Below, one piece after another: positions 20,188-30,286 of a stretch of DNA of 64,000 nt. The DNA is from a virus. Lineage: Duplodnaviria; Caudoviricetes. Where the stretch lies: the IMG/VR virus record IMGVR_UViG_3300046170_000323, one strand, 5' to 3'. The translations under genes and the position numbers were made by a program. How positions within the stretch are numbered: the first letter of the stretch is position 1; each line of letters starts with the position of its first letter. The notes beneath the pieces are model-generated. The model had not been told where the DNA came from. It searched no databases and worked only from the letters and a program-made list of their open reading frames with translations.

Positions 20188-22040
20188 ATGGCAATAAGTG
20201 CAGAAACAGAAGCGATCATTGATCGTTTAAAAGCAGAAGGTCAGTTGACTCGCAATAGCGGTAGTCACTCTATTCGCTCTGTCAAAATACAACTCGAAAA
20301 GTTCGAAGGTGTATTCAATTCCATCTCTGGAAATATTGCGGAACAGACACAACTGTTGCGCAAACAGATGGGCATTCAAGAAGAAGCAATCGAAAGACAA
20401 CAGAGAAGAGACGACCTCAACGAGTTGCAACCACCAGTTCAACCCGAAATCGAAGAGCCTGAAACAGATACAACTATCACTGATAGTAATGGTAAGAAGT
20501 CAAAAGGTCTCATAGAAATGATTTCTGGATTTGGTGGAAGTCTTCTAGGAATGATGAAACCACTTCTTCTTGGTTCTGCAGGTTTGTTTGTTGCATATAA
20601 CTTTGCAAAAGGATTTATTGACGAGAAGACAGGTGGTGGATTCACTGCCTTTGAAACCTCAATGATCAAGACCTTTAAAGAAGTTGACTGGTCTGCACTT
20701 GGAACTTCTTTTGTAACCTTTGCAACCAAAATTCCAGAAGCAGTTACTGCAATCACTGATTTTATCTCAAGTCCATTAGGGATGATTCTTGCAGGCGCAG
20801 GTTTGACTGCCGCCGGTATCATGTCTGGATTTGCAGGCGGTGCACTTGCAAAAGGTGTTACTGCTGGTATTATTCAAGGTGTATTAGGTGCTGGCGGTGG
20901 TGGAGGGCCCTGCTGGACAAGGTGCGCCTGCAGGGTTGTTGAACCTAAGAAAAGTATTAAAGGTTTCTGCACTGGGTGCGTTAACTGGTGCACTTGTTTT
21001 CTATGGAGAAGATATCAGTAATTGGTTACAAACTCAAGGCATGTCAGAAGGATGGGCAGATTTCGCTGTTGATAGTGCGACTGCAATATCTGGAGCACTC
21101 ACACTTGGTGCAATGTTTGGGGCCGCCAGGGTTGCTTGTTGGTGCAGTAGCAGGTATTGCGTATGTTGCAGGGAAGACCTTATACAATTGGTTTAAGAGA
21201 AACCAAGCGGATGCAGAGAAAAAACTCGCAGACCGACTTGCACTTGCAGATATTCTAGAAGGTAATCTTGGATCATTAGAAAATTATGATGATGCTGTAT
21301 TAAGAGCTGCAAGAATGAAAAGACCAAATACAGAAGGCGTAGCTGGATCTGCAAGCGCAGACAAGTTTACCAAAACAACTGATGCAGAACAAATGGCAAT
21401 CGCTGCTAACTTGTACGACGACTTTGATGAAGTGCTTCAACAGGCTGCAGAAGGGGATAAAGCTGCTGTTAATGATGTAATCAAGATGTTAGATCAAGCG
21501 ACCATTCAAAGATTCATCGACAGATTTGGCCCCATGATGGCGGCACAAAGAGGTCAACTTACGATGTTGGGTGACAATCTAGGTGATGTTGAAGATGATG
21601 AGGCGTACAATAAATTCTTTAGTCAACTTGAAGAGTTGAATAAGTTTGTTGAACTGTCTGGTAACGATACGGCGATCCTAACCATGCGCAACGAATTGCG
21701 TAATGGTATACTGAGATCGTTCCAAGGCATTACGTCTACTTCTGAAGACTTCGAATTCCTAACAGATGATCAAAAGAGAATACTCAAAGCGCTGGAAGAA
21801 ATAATGAACGGCGGGCCTGCGGCACAAAAACTGAGTTCACTGGCAGGAAGTGCTGCTACACAACAGATGTTAGCAGATGCCGCCATGGGGAATAGTGGTA
21901 CAAACGTGGTGATTGGAAAAGTTGGTGGGGATACGATCCAAAATACTCAGATCACTAAAGGTGGTGCAGTAAATATTGCAGACGTTAAATCCTACAACCA
22001 GACTGGCAATCCAATGAGTCCTATGAAACTAAGTGGTTAA
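20188..22040 (+). CDS. Tape-measure/gp29-like long helical tail protein (two indels near 20905 and 21120)
   Basis: Three consecutive frames join into one Ala/Gly-rich helical protein downstream of gp51. Confidence 0.6.
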
Positions 22041-22222
22041 CCACCCACATAGGTTTTATTCTTTGGACGATACCAATTTTTTTGATGGTACATCTTGGCC
22101 AAAAGTTCGTTGATAACTTGTTTTTCTTTTGGGTCTGCTGCAAACATGCGAAAACGCAGAGCAGTTTCAATCTGCTCTACGTCACGAACGTTTAGTTTAA
22201 ATTTTTCATTGGGTTTATTCAT
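22037..22222 (-). CDS. Hypothetical protein
   Basis: 61-aa ORF ending WYRPKNKTYVGG with phage-like composition. Confidence 0.65.
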   Translation of the reverse strand: MNKPNEKFKLNVRDVEQIETALRFRMFAADPKEKQVINELLAKMYHQKNWYRPKNKTYVGG

Positions 22223-22227
22223 GAAAA

Positions 22228-22410
22228 TTATTTATATAGTTTTTTGATTTCCATCATACACGCTTTCGATTCCTCGTGCATACCCATCCTTGCGAGTTCC
22301 GAAGCCGCTCTGCTGTAACCCATCATCTGGGTATACCGATCTAAGGAAGACCACAATCCCGACAACGGTGAGAAAACATAGTTTGCTACTAATGTTGTCA
22401 TTAGACCCAC
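22228..22410 (-). CDS. Small hypothetical protein, possibly a divergent DUF1127 relative
   Basis: RAASELARMG helix motif; overlaps the DUF1127 stop. Confidence 0.6.
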   Translation of the reverse strand: MGLMTTLVANYVFSPLSGLWSSLDRYTQMMGYSRAASELARMGMHEESKACMMEIKKLYK

Positions 22411-22652
22411 CCTCTTAGATTTGTATTAACGCAGTGTTCGATTGTATCTTTTTTACGTGCGATAGAATAAATGTCGCCTCTTGAGATACCGATATCCATA
22501 AGATCTGCATCTGATAGTCTGCCGAGTGCTTTTTCAGTTTCTCGAATTGCTTTACGTTCAATTCTCCAATTTCTAAAGTCTCTGAAGGCGTTGATGATTA
22601 GTTCGATTGATCTGGTTGTATAACCATGTGCTGCTAGTATAGCTTGTGTCAT
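22401..22652 (-). CDS. DUF1127 (YjiS-like) small protein
   Basis: RETEKALGRLSDADLMDIGISRGDI is the DUF1127 signature; RBS GGAGA before ATG 22652. Confidence 0.85.
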   Translation of the reverse strand: MTQAILAAHGYTTRSIELIINAFRDFRNWRIERKAIRETEKALGRLSDADLMDIGISRGDIYSIARKKDTIEHCVNTNLRGWV

Positions 22653-22815
22653 TTTGTTCTCCAAATGTATGATAAATGTGTGTGTTAATCCGAGCGTAGG
22701 CGATCTACATTTTACTCCTTTTCCACACATTTATTTAGTACAGAAATAGGTAAATAACCCTTACCAATTTGGAATAGGCGTTATGCAAATTTGGAAAGTG
22801 TGACAACTTGTTCGC

Positions 22816-22842
22816 AAAAAAAAGGTCTCCGAAGAGACCTTT
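22816..22842 (-). terminator. Intrinsic terminator
   Basis: AAAGGTCTC-TTCG-GAGACCTTT followed by a T-run on the minus strand. Confidence 0.85.
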
Positions 22843-22845
22843 GAA

Positions 22846-23082
22846 TTATTCTTTTGTATCATCTCGTTTACTAACGAAACTGTACATCTCTTTTGCCTTC
22901 TCCATGAGGTCTTGTACAGAATACATTTCAGTTACTTTCTGAAACTCTTCCATCTGCATCTTGCCTTGATCCATCATTTTCTCAGCGAACTGTACGTTCA
23001 TATGATACTGTTGATCCATGTAGTCTTTTGCAAGTTGCAACATCTCAGAACGGATTTCGAATGGATTTTTATTAGACATCAC
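22846..23082 (-). CDS. Conserved hypothetical helical protein
   Basis: NKNPFEIRSEMLQLAKDY...AKEMYSFVSK; translationally coupled to the phasin-like gene. Confidence 0.75.
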   Translation of the reverse strand: MMSNKNPFEIRSEMLQLAKDYMDQQYHMNVQFAEKMMDQGKMQMEEFQKVTEMYSVQDLMEKAKEMYSFVSKRDDTKE

Positions 23083-23285
23083 TTCACCACCTTAGCGAGC
23101 ATCTCGCCTGTTGCATTAGAAAATTCATTGATTTGTTTAAAGGACGCTTTTGTAAATGCGGTTTGAGTGTCGATAAAATCATTCAAGGGTTTACTGAGTG
23201 TTTCATCTTTCACCCAAGTTGATACCCAACCTCGTTTTGCATTCTGGATTGCGTCAATCCACATATTAGACATGTATTCGTTCAT
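23079..23285 (-). CDS. Phasin-like small amphipathic protein
   Basis: WIDAIQNAK...LNDFIDTQTAFTK amphipathic pattern; RBS AGGAGA. Confidence 0.5.
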   Translation of the reverse strand: MNEYMSNMWIDAIQNAKRGWVSTWVKDETLSKPLNDFIDTQTAFTKASFKQINEFSNATGEMLAKVVK

Positions 23286-23344
23286 TTTATTCTCCTGTTT
23301 GTGTGTGTAAAAATGGGGGGAATAAATCCCCCCTGAGTCATTAT

Positions 23345-23794
23345 TTATTCTGTGAGAAGTTCTTCCTTCCCAGCAACTGAACCAATAGAGATCTTTCGAG
23401 GTTTCTTTTCCTCTGGGATCACATTTTCAAGTTCTACGTAAAGGATACCGTTTTGGTATTCAGCACCACGTACTACAATTGTATCCGACAAAGTAAACTT
23501 TCTACGGAACTGTCGTGCACTGATTCCTCTGTGTAGATATTGCGCTTCCGACTTTTCGTCTTTCTTACCCTCTACAGTAAGTACACCGTCCTTGACTTCA
23601 ACATCAAGTTCATCTTGGTTGAATCCGGCAAGTGCCAGTTCAATGACGTAATTATCGTCATCTACTTTGCGTATATTGTAGGGTGGGTAGTTTGGTTGAC
23701 TTGATCCTGTTTGATGCATACGATCTAGTACACGGTCAAACCCAATAAAAAATGGATCATTAAGTAAGTCGGCAGTCATTCTGCGAGTATTCAT
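23345..23794 (-). CDS. hsp20: Small heat-shock protein Hsp20
   Basis: FFIGFDR, YPPYNI, IELALAGF, YLHRGISARQFRRKFTL, NGIL. Confidence 0.95.
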   Translation of the reverse strand: MNTRRMTADLLNDPFFIGFDRVLDRMHQTGSSQPNYPPYNIRKVDDDNYVIELALAGFNQDELDVEVKDGVLTVEGKKDEKSEAQYLHRGISARQFRRKFTLSDTIVVRGAEYQNGILYVELENVIPEEKKPRKISIGSVAGKEELLTE

Positions 23795-23892
23795 TTGCTA
23801 TCTCCTTTATTAAGCAAGATTGATGTTATGTACCCGATAACGGCGTACAATGTTATTTATATCACAAATTGAAGGTCATGTCAACCAAAAAA

Positions 23893-24294
23893 TTACTTTC
23901 TTCCTATATTATATTTTACTGTAAGATCCCATTGATCTTTTTCTTTATAAGAAATGATCTTAATGTGATTTAATGGGGCAACTGGATCCTTGGTTTTTTC
24001 TTTATCAACGATCTTGAGTAGTTCCCACTCTTCTAGTAAATTTACAATAGTGTTTCGGCGTGCTTTGTCCTCGTCTGTGAAAGTATTCTGTTTACCATCT
24101 AGTATAAACAGTTCCTTAAAATGAAGGATTGCATATCTGCCTTTTTTGTGTAGGATGTGGCAAGACTGATACAGTCTTTTTTCTTTTCGTGAAGAAATAC
24201 CAATTCTTGTGAGCGTCTCTTTAATTTTTAAAAAACTATCATCAGAGGGTAATTCAATCTCGACACCAACTCCCTTAAAAATATCTTCGTTCAT
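23893..24294 (-). CDS. regA: Translational repressor RegA
   Basis: FLKIKETLTRIGISS, LYQSCHILHKKGRYAILHFKELF. Confidence 0.97.
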   Translation of the reverse strand: MNEDIFKGVGVEIELPSDDSFLKIKETLTRIGISSRKEKRLYQSCHILHKKGRYAILHFKELFILDGKQNTFTDEDKARRNTIVNLLEEWELLKIVDKEKTKDPVAPLNHIKIISYKEKDQWDLTVKYNIGRK

Positions 24295-24380
24295 AATACA
24301 TGTTCACCTTTTTTATAATTTATTGTTATGGGTGGTGTTGATCAACATAACCAACGAAAGTATTTATCAAAACGTGTTTT

Positions 24381-24791
24381 TTAACCACCAACAAATAACT
24401 TATCGTAAACATGTTCCATCTGGTCTTTACTTAGAACCTTGTAATATTGTTTTGCAACTGTTCTGTTACATTCATAAACCTTCTGGATGGCATCTAGATC
24501 TTCATTAGGTTCTGCCTTGTGCCACTTGGAGAACCGTTTGCGTTTGCGTAGTGATGCACGATAATAATCGAACTGTGCGCCTGCCATGTTGTCTAACATA
24601 GGCCAACGGATGTTCATCTCATTCGCATGAAGAATGGTATCTTCAAAGTAAGAGAACCCACGATTGACAACATAGGAATACGATGAGTATTCTTTCTCTG
24701 CAAGATCTGGGTTCTCTGCCTCACGAATGATATCCTTCTTAGAGTCTGATGCAGCATTCATGAAGTCAAAGGGCGAGAACTCTTTACTCAT
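24381..24791 (-). CDS. gp62: Clamp loader small subunit
   Basis: YVVNRGFSYFEDTILHANEMN, RKRKRFSKWHK. Confidence 0.9.
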   Translation of the reverse strand: MSKEFSPFDFMNAASDSKKDIIREAENPDLAEKEYSSYSYVVNRGFSYFEDTILHANEMNIRWPMLDNMAGAQFDYYRASLRKRKRFSKWHKAEPNEDLDAIQKVYECNRTVAKQYYKVLSKDQMEHVYDKLFVGG

Positions 24792-25008
24792 GAAGCATGT
24801 GCTCCTCATCATCTACCATTGCATCATACTGCATCTTCTCACGTTCATACGATCCAACGAATGTCAGTTCCTCGTCATAAGAAACTACATATCCAACTGC
24901 ACGTAAGAAGTCAGTGAATGAAGTAAGAACCTCATCAAGGTCTGCATCTTCATTTAATTTCATTTCAATTGATGAACCATCAATATTATGGGTGTGACTA
25001 AATTTCAT
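24784..25008 (-). CDS. Hypothetical protein
   Basis: LDEVLTSFTDFLRAVGY motif; RBS AGGAGG. Confidence 0.7.
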   Translation of the reverse strand: MKFSHTHNIDGSSIEMKLNEDADLDEVLTSFTDFLRAVGYVVSYDEELTFVGSYEREKMQYDAMVDDEEHMLHE

Positions 25009-25165
25009 TTTTCGCCTCCTCAATACCCTGTAAGATTAGATCAAACTCTTTTGCGCATGAAGGACAGACATCATAAGTTGCCTGTCCTTCTGCCATTTCT
25101 ACAGTCATCTTGAATGACTCTTCTTTATCGAATTGTTTTACGCAGTAGAAACATTCTGTCGACAT
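24998..25165 (-). CDS. 55-aa CxxC...CxxC zinc-ribbon protein
   Basis: Manual translation MSTECFYCVKQF...YDVCPSCAKEFDLIL...; TAATG coupling with gp44. Confidence 0.7.
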   Translation of the reverse strand: MSTECFYCVKQFDKEESFKMTVEMAEGQATYDVCPSCAKEFDLILQGIEEAKNEI

Positions 25166-26124
25166 TACTTGTATTCACTTTCAATCATAATTTCTGTCAA
25201 GTACGCCACCATGTTGATCTCACTATCAGAGGCGAAGTTTGCCTTGTACATGTAATCTGCAGTGGTGACTACAAATCCTGGCATACTACGGAACTCTACA
25301 CGTTCATCTGCAGCATCATAGATTGCACGAAACATCTCGTTCATATCCTGATCAGAATTACGTGCAACCCACTTGCGCATCTCAGTGAAGTTCTTAGACT
25401 TCAGATAAGAGAACAGTTCATCAACACTTTCTGCTTTCAGATTGACAAAGATACCTTCGTCGATTGAACCTGATGCAGCATAGGATTGAAGTTCGGTAAG
25501 TACACGACGAAAGTCTGGGAAGTATTTCTGTACAACCTTTGCAATGACTTTCTTGTCGTATGACACACCCTCTTGATCAAGGATTGCAAGAACACGTTTG
25601 TAGAACGCCCCTGCGAGTGCAGGTTTCTCTTCATTGTCAATAGAGAAGTCTATCTCAGAGAGACGTGACCTCAAAGGACTAATGATACGGTTCTTGAAGT
25701 TACAAGTAAAGATGAACCCACAATTCGAAGAGTACTCCTCAATGAAGTTACGAAGTGCAGGTTGAACATTAGTGGATGGTAGGTAGTCTGCCTCGTCAAA
25801 TATAACATATTTACGTCCACCTGTCAAGCTGACTGCAGAAGCAAATGTTGAGATATCGTAACGAACGGCATCGATGTTAACGTTGAGTGATCCATTCTTT
25901 ACGATGTAATCACAACCCATCTCTTCAAGCATTGCCTTTGCGACTGTAGTCTTACCTACGCCAGGCCCACCTGTCAAGAGAAGGTTTGGTACGTTCTCAT
26001 CCTTGATAAATTTTTGAAAGATTTCTTTTGTTTGTTGAGGAAGAATTGTATCTTCAATCAACTGAGGACGGTATCGTTCCACCCATAATACTTCGTTTAC
26101 TTTAGTAGTAAGACCTTCTTGCAT
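25165..26124 (-). CDS. gp44: Clamp loader large subunit
   Basis: LWVERYRP, Walker A GGPGVGKTT, IFDEAD, SRLS. Confidence 0.97.
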   Translation of the reverse strand: MQEGLTTKVNEVLWVERYRPQLIEDTILPQQTKEIFQKFIKDENVPNLLLTGGPGVGKTTVAKAMLEEMGCDYIVKNGSLNVNIDAVRYDISTFASAVSLTGGRKYVIFDEADYLPSTNVQPALRNFIEEYSSNCGFIFTCNFKNRIISPLRSRLSEIDFSIDNEEKPALAGAFYKRVLAILDQEGVSYDKKVIAKVVQKYFPDFRRVLTELQSYAASGSIDEGIFVNLKAESVDELFSYLKSKNFTEMRKWVARNSDQDMNEMFRAIYDAADERVEFRSMPGFVVTTADYMYKANFASDSEINMVAYLTEIMIESEYK

Positions 26125-26235
26125 ATTGCGCCACCATGTTCATATTATAAAAAAGACTTTGAGGGGCGGTCTAGAAACCCGCCCCCTCTGGGTATGTGAA
26201 ACATCGTTGAGTGGTTCTACCCTTCTTGGTATGGT

Positions 26236-26505
26236 TTACTGGACTTTATCAGCCAGTGGAGCATCTGGTGGGACATCGCCTTCGACGACATCTGCCTCTG
26301 CTGTTGGGTCTGGCACAGGTGTACGTTGGTTCACGTATGCCACAATTTTATTGCGGAGAGCGCCAACTCCCGCCAGTTCCTGACCCTCGAAACCGCCTCG
26401 TCGAGAGACCGCATCAATAATTTGAACTACAGTGGAAATGTCCTGTAGTGTAAGATCGACAGGCTGTTGTTGGCCCATCATTGCTGCTTGCTGTTGTTCG
26501 TTCAT
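26236..26505 (-). CDS. Conserved hypothetical protein
   Basis: VVQIIDAVSRRGGFEGQELAGVGALRNK. Confidence 0.75.
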   Translation of the reverse strand: MNEQQQAAMMGQQQPVDLTLQDISTVVQIIDAVSRRGGFEGQELAGVGALRNKIVAYVNQRTPVPDPTAEADVVEGDVPPDAPLADKVQ

Positions 26506-26513
26506 GGTATTTT

Positions 26514-27177
26514 TTACCCCTTTTTATAAGTCGACTTAGAATCAATTGCCACAAAATAAGTGACATCGTCACCTTCAAACTTAGAGATACCTTTTGAAGC
26601 AAAGCGTAACTCTATAGTCTTGCGGCAGTAACTTAAGATTATCGGTCTTGATGATAATCTTAAACTCATCGGCAGTATCACCAATTTCGACACCGTAGTC
26701 ATCGGCCCCTTCATTAGTACTATCGATTGCTTTGAGATAACATGTGCCGTTTGAACCGACAAATGCGATCTCACTGAACTGAAGAACTCCTGCAGCCTTC
26801 AATACAGATTGCATGTCATCCCATGAGACATCGACTTCTACATCCTTAGAAGGGATTTTGACATCCTTCTCAGGTGCTGCGTGAATCATAGAAACGTCTG
26901 CGAATAGGTATTTAGTTCTGCGTTTGCCTTCAGAAATAATAAAGTATTTATCATGAAACTCCACATCGGCATCTGCATAAAGCGATAAAATCGACAAAAA
27001 ACGTGATAAATCGTAGATACAGGCGTCAGATGGAATCTCATCTGGAATGGTTGCGCTAGCAATCAACGTCCGTTCGGGAGTGATTGTCTTGAGGACATTC
27101 CCTTCCTTCATCTGGATAGACTTGTTGATTGTAGCAAAACTCTTAAGAATCGTAAGAGTGCGTTCACTGAATTTCAT
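26514..27177 (-). CDS. gp45: Sliding clamp (rejoined across indel near 26603)
   Basis: MKFSERTLTILKSFATINKSI, IYDLSRFL, NLKLLPQDY; C-terminus ASKGISKF...YFVAID in shifted frame. Confidence 0.92.
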
Positions 27178-27207
27178 TATATACATATCTCCTTGTGAGT
27201 ATTCAAA

Positions 27208-28077
27208 CTATACTATACCCCAAAACTCATCCTTTGTCAAGTCTTTTCGGCGAATTCTTTGATTATATTTTATCGCCTCCTCAATTAATGAGAAACTTGA
27301 TTCGAATTGTTTTGCAGTATGTAATAGGGCTTGTGTGTCTTTGGGGAGACAGTGTCCACCCCAACCACGTTCATCTGTGACAAAACTATGATCATCTCCA
27401 ATACGTTCATCTAAACATAGGTGATACCTGACCTCATTGAAGTCAATGTTTGCTTTATTGCAGAAATCATATAGTTGGTTGAAGTAACCTACCTTCAGTG
27501 CAAGGAATGCATTCTCTGCATACTTGACGGCAATAGCTTCTTCATTCGTGCAGTGGTGGATGCGAATCCGTTTAAAACGTTTTATAAACAAATTTGACCA
27601 GAATGAATCTGATGTATCATTACCAAGAATCATATACTTCTGGTTTTCGAAATCATACAATGCAGTTTCCGCACGAAGGAACTCTGGACTGAATGAAATC
27701 TGTTTGTCTGGAAAAGCGGTTTTAATTTGTTCCCAACCCTCAAGACTAATAGTAGACTTAATAAGGATAGGAACGTCTGGTGAGTCATCAATAACACTTA
27801 CCACGTTGGTAATGTCACAAGAACCATCAGACGATTTTGGAGTGGATACACAGACGATGACACCGTCTGAATCCTGTTTAATAGGGAAGTTCCATTCACG
27901 ATACTGTGGATCCACAATATCATACTTCACTGACTTCACCTGAGAAAAAGCATTAACAACTGCCTTACCCACGTAACCATACCCTGCTACTGTTATGTTT
28001 GTAGTCTTTTTCTTTTGGGATGGGGTTCGGTTTACCGCTTCAAAAGAAGGGTAACCTTTTTCAAATACTGGTTCCAT
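27208..28077 (-). CDS. UDP-glucose/GDP-mannose 6-dehydrogenase family protein
   Basis: GYGYVG, IVCVSTP, IKSTI, FSPEFL, KYAENAFLA, GWGGHCLPKD. Confidence 0.9.
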   Translation of the reverse strand: MEPVFEKGYPSFEAVNRTPSQKKKTTNITVAGYGYVGKAVVNAFSQVKSVKYDIVDPQYREWNFPIKQDSDGVIVCVSTPKSSDGSCDITNVVSVIDDSPDVPILIKSTISLEGWEQIKTAFPDKQISFSPEFLRAETALYDFENQKYMILGNDTSDSFWSNLFIKRFKRIRIHHCTNEEAIAVKYAENAFLALKVGYFNQLYDFCNKANIDFNEVRYHLCLDERIGDDHSFVTDERGWGGHCLPKDTQALLHTAKQFESSFSLIEEAIKYNQRIRRKDLTKDEFWGIV

Positions 28078-28079
28078 GT

Positions 28080-28487
28080 TTACCTCTCACATACTCTTTT
28101 ACGTAAATCGGACGAAGAGAATCTATGGTCACGTTTGTTGTAGTACAATTCGATCCCACGTTTCTTACAAGTTTCATAACCAGTAAAGTTCTTCTCTTTG
28201 TATTCTACGCCTAGGATTCTTACGTCGATTTGATACATGGACAGTATATCATCTAAGTCCGCCTCTGTCAAGTACGGAATGATCTCATCTACGTAACTAA
28301 TTGCTTTTAGTTGCGTGTATCTCTCAACAACGGTTTGGATGGGAGAGTTCTTGGACGGACGATCAATCATAGGATCAATCTGAAGTCCACATATCAAATA
28401 GTCGCATTGATCCTTTGCTTCACGTAACATCTGAACGTGTCCAGCGTGAAGCAAATCAAATGCAGATGCAGTAAAACCCACTTTCAT
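28080..28487 (-). CDS. Glycerol-3-phosphate cytidylyltransferase-like (TagD family)
   Basis: FDLLHAGH (HxGH), ERYTQL, YVDEI, RDHRFSSS. Confidence 0.88.
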   Translation of the reverse strand: MKVGFTASAFDLLHAGHVQMLREAKDQCDYLICGLQIDPMIDRPSKNSPIQTVVERYTQLKAISYVDEIIPYLTEADLDDILSMYQIDVRILGVEYKEKNFTGYETCKKRGIELYYNKRDHRFSSSDLRKRVCER

Positions 28488-28678
28488 TTTACTTGCCTTT
28501 TCAGTAATTCATAGACTACGTATAACTCGTCTATACATTTATCCAATATCATGTGAGCAGTTTCATCATCGTTTTTCTCACGTTCATCACGTAACATTTT
28601 TATGCGTACCTGTAAGTACTTCAAAGGGTTCGCAGGGGAAAGAACTTCCCCCATTGGATGAATCGATCTACGTCTCAC
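28484..28678 (-). CDS. Hypothetical protein
   Basis: 64-aa ORF with overlapping start/stop junctions. Confidence 0.65.
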   Translation of the reverse strand: MRRRSIHPMGEVLSPANPLKYLQVRIKMLRDEREKNDDETAHMILDKCIDELYVVYELLKRQVK

Positions 28679-29142
28679 TTCACAAAACGAACCTTGTACT
28701 TCTTACCCTTTTCAGAAAAGGTAATTACAGAATGAGAATAAACTTCTTTGGTTGTGTTCTCATATGTGGTTTCATTACGACAACGAGTTTCTTGTTTGTA
28801 ACCAACGATCTGATCTTTTCCTCGTTTGTTATCTGCAGCGATCATGCCACCAAGAACCGCACCTGCAGCTGCACCTTGATCATTACCAGATACACCTTTA
28901 CCAAGGATACCACCGATAATCAAACCACCAAGGACATCGCCTGCGGAGGCGCCCCCGCCCGTACGCCCGTAGATAGGAACATCTACATCCATACATCTTC
29001 GTACGGTAGTGGGGATACTTTCTGTAACTGTGCGATAGTGGTCAACCACTGATCCTTTAACTTTGACTGCATACATCGAATCGTTTGCAAATGCAGTTGT
29101 TGCACATAATGTTAGGGCGGTTGCTAGACAGAAATGTTTCAT
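28675..29142 (-). CDS. Secreted glycine-zipper 2TM protein
   Basis: Signal peptide; GGLIIGGILG...AAAGAVLGGMIAA. Confidence 0.8.
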   Translation of the reverse strand: MKHFCLATALTLCATTAFANDSMYAVKVKGSVVDHYRTVTESIPTTVRRCMDVDVPIYGRTGGGASAGDVLGGLIIGGILGKGVSGNDQGAAAGAVLGGMIAADNKRGKDQIVGYKQETRCRNETTYENTTKEVYSHSVITFSEKGKKYKVRFVK

Positions 29143-29402
29143 TTCTTTTCTCCATTGTCTTTTTCATTTAACAGTTTGGTGTTATCGTTTTGGATCATCC
29201 CTTCTTTGATGTCGTAAACCATATCACCCTTAATCATACCTATGATCGTATTCGTTAAATCCACCTCTCGCCTCAGAAACCCGATTTTAGTTTCGAGTTT
29301 CTCGATTTGTTTGAGGTAGAATTCTAATTCTTGTTCTTTACGTAATTTCTGTTCGATGAAATCACTAATAAGGATTATACGCTGTTCTTCACTCATTGGC
29401 AA
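29139..29402 (-). CDS. Coiled-coil hypothetical protein
   Basis: Heptad-rich 87-aa ORF in operon. Confidence 0.7.
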   Translation of the reverse strand: MPMSEEQRIILISDFIEQKLRKEQELEFYLKQIEKLETKIGFLRREVDLTNTIIGMIKGDMVYDIKEGMIQNDNTKLLNEKDNGEKK

Positions 29403-30276
29403 CTATTTTCTTTTCGATTTCTTTTTATAGTTCTTTGGGCGAGACCTTGCGTCTGCTGTGGCAGATACACCAAGAGATCCGATTGCACCCATGTTACCCT
29501 TGAAGATATGCATACCAATATGGTTTAGTTGCATCCAAGGACACATCCATACACGAAGATCTGCTTTACGTGCCTGTTGACAGAAGAAATAATCTTCCGA
29601 CAAATAACGTCTTGATACAGGATCAATGATGCAGTCAAAGAAGGCAGTGATATTACGTTCACCGTCAAAGTTCTCAGTACGTACATGATCTGGTTTGTAA
29701 CTATATTCTGGATATGTATCACGGTACTTCTCAAGAACCTCACGTGGAATCAACATGAATCCAGTACCTGCTTCAGATACTTCGATTGGTTCACTCAATT
29801 TGAATTGACCTTTCATTCCCTGCACTGGGTTGAATACGAAGTCTGATGTGTAGTTCTCCAACTGGAATGGGTTTTCGTCACCCTTACCTTGTCGTGCAGC
29901 TTCTGCAACCTTTTCCCACGCAATAGTTTTCTTGGGATAGGGGCCAGTCATGATGTGATACTTTTCTTTATCATGTACCGCAAGACCAAGCAACGCAAGT
30001 ACATCTTTTGCATTGAAGTGGATATCAGAGTCAATGAACATCAAGTGAGAACATTCAGATCGAAGGAATTCGTCTACGACATAGTTACGTGCACGTTGTA
30101 CCAAACTCTCGTTGAAGAGATAGTAGAAACGAATTGGTATACCTGCTTGGGTACACAACATCGCCAGATCGTTACAAGATTTTGTGAAAAGTCCAGAACA
30201 GTTTCCACCGTACATGGGGGTTCCGACAAAAATCGAATATCCCCTTTAGTTGTTCTGTTGTAATTTTAATGTCCAT
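29403..30276 (-). CDS. Glycosyltransferase family A-like protein (indel near 30241)
   Basis: SIFVGTPMYGG, SLVQRARN, LMFIDSDI (DxD), AGTGFMLI, LSEDYFFC. Confidence 0.75.
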
Positions 30277-30286
30277 TATATCTCCA

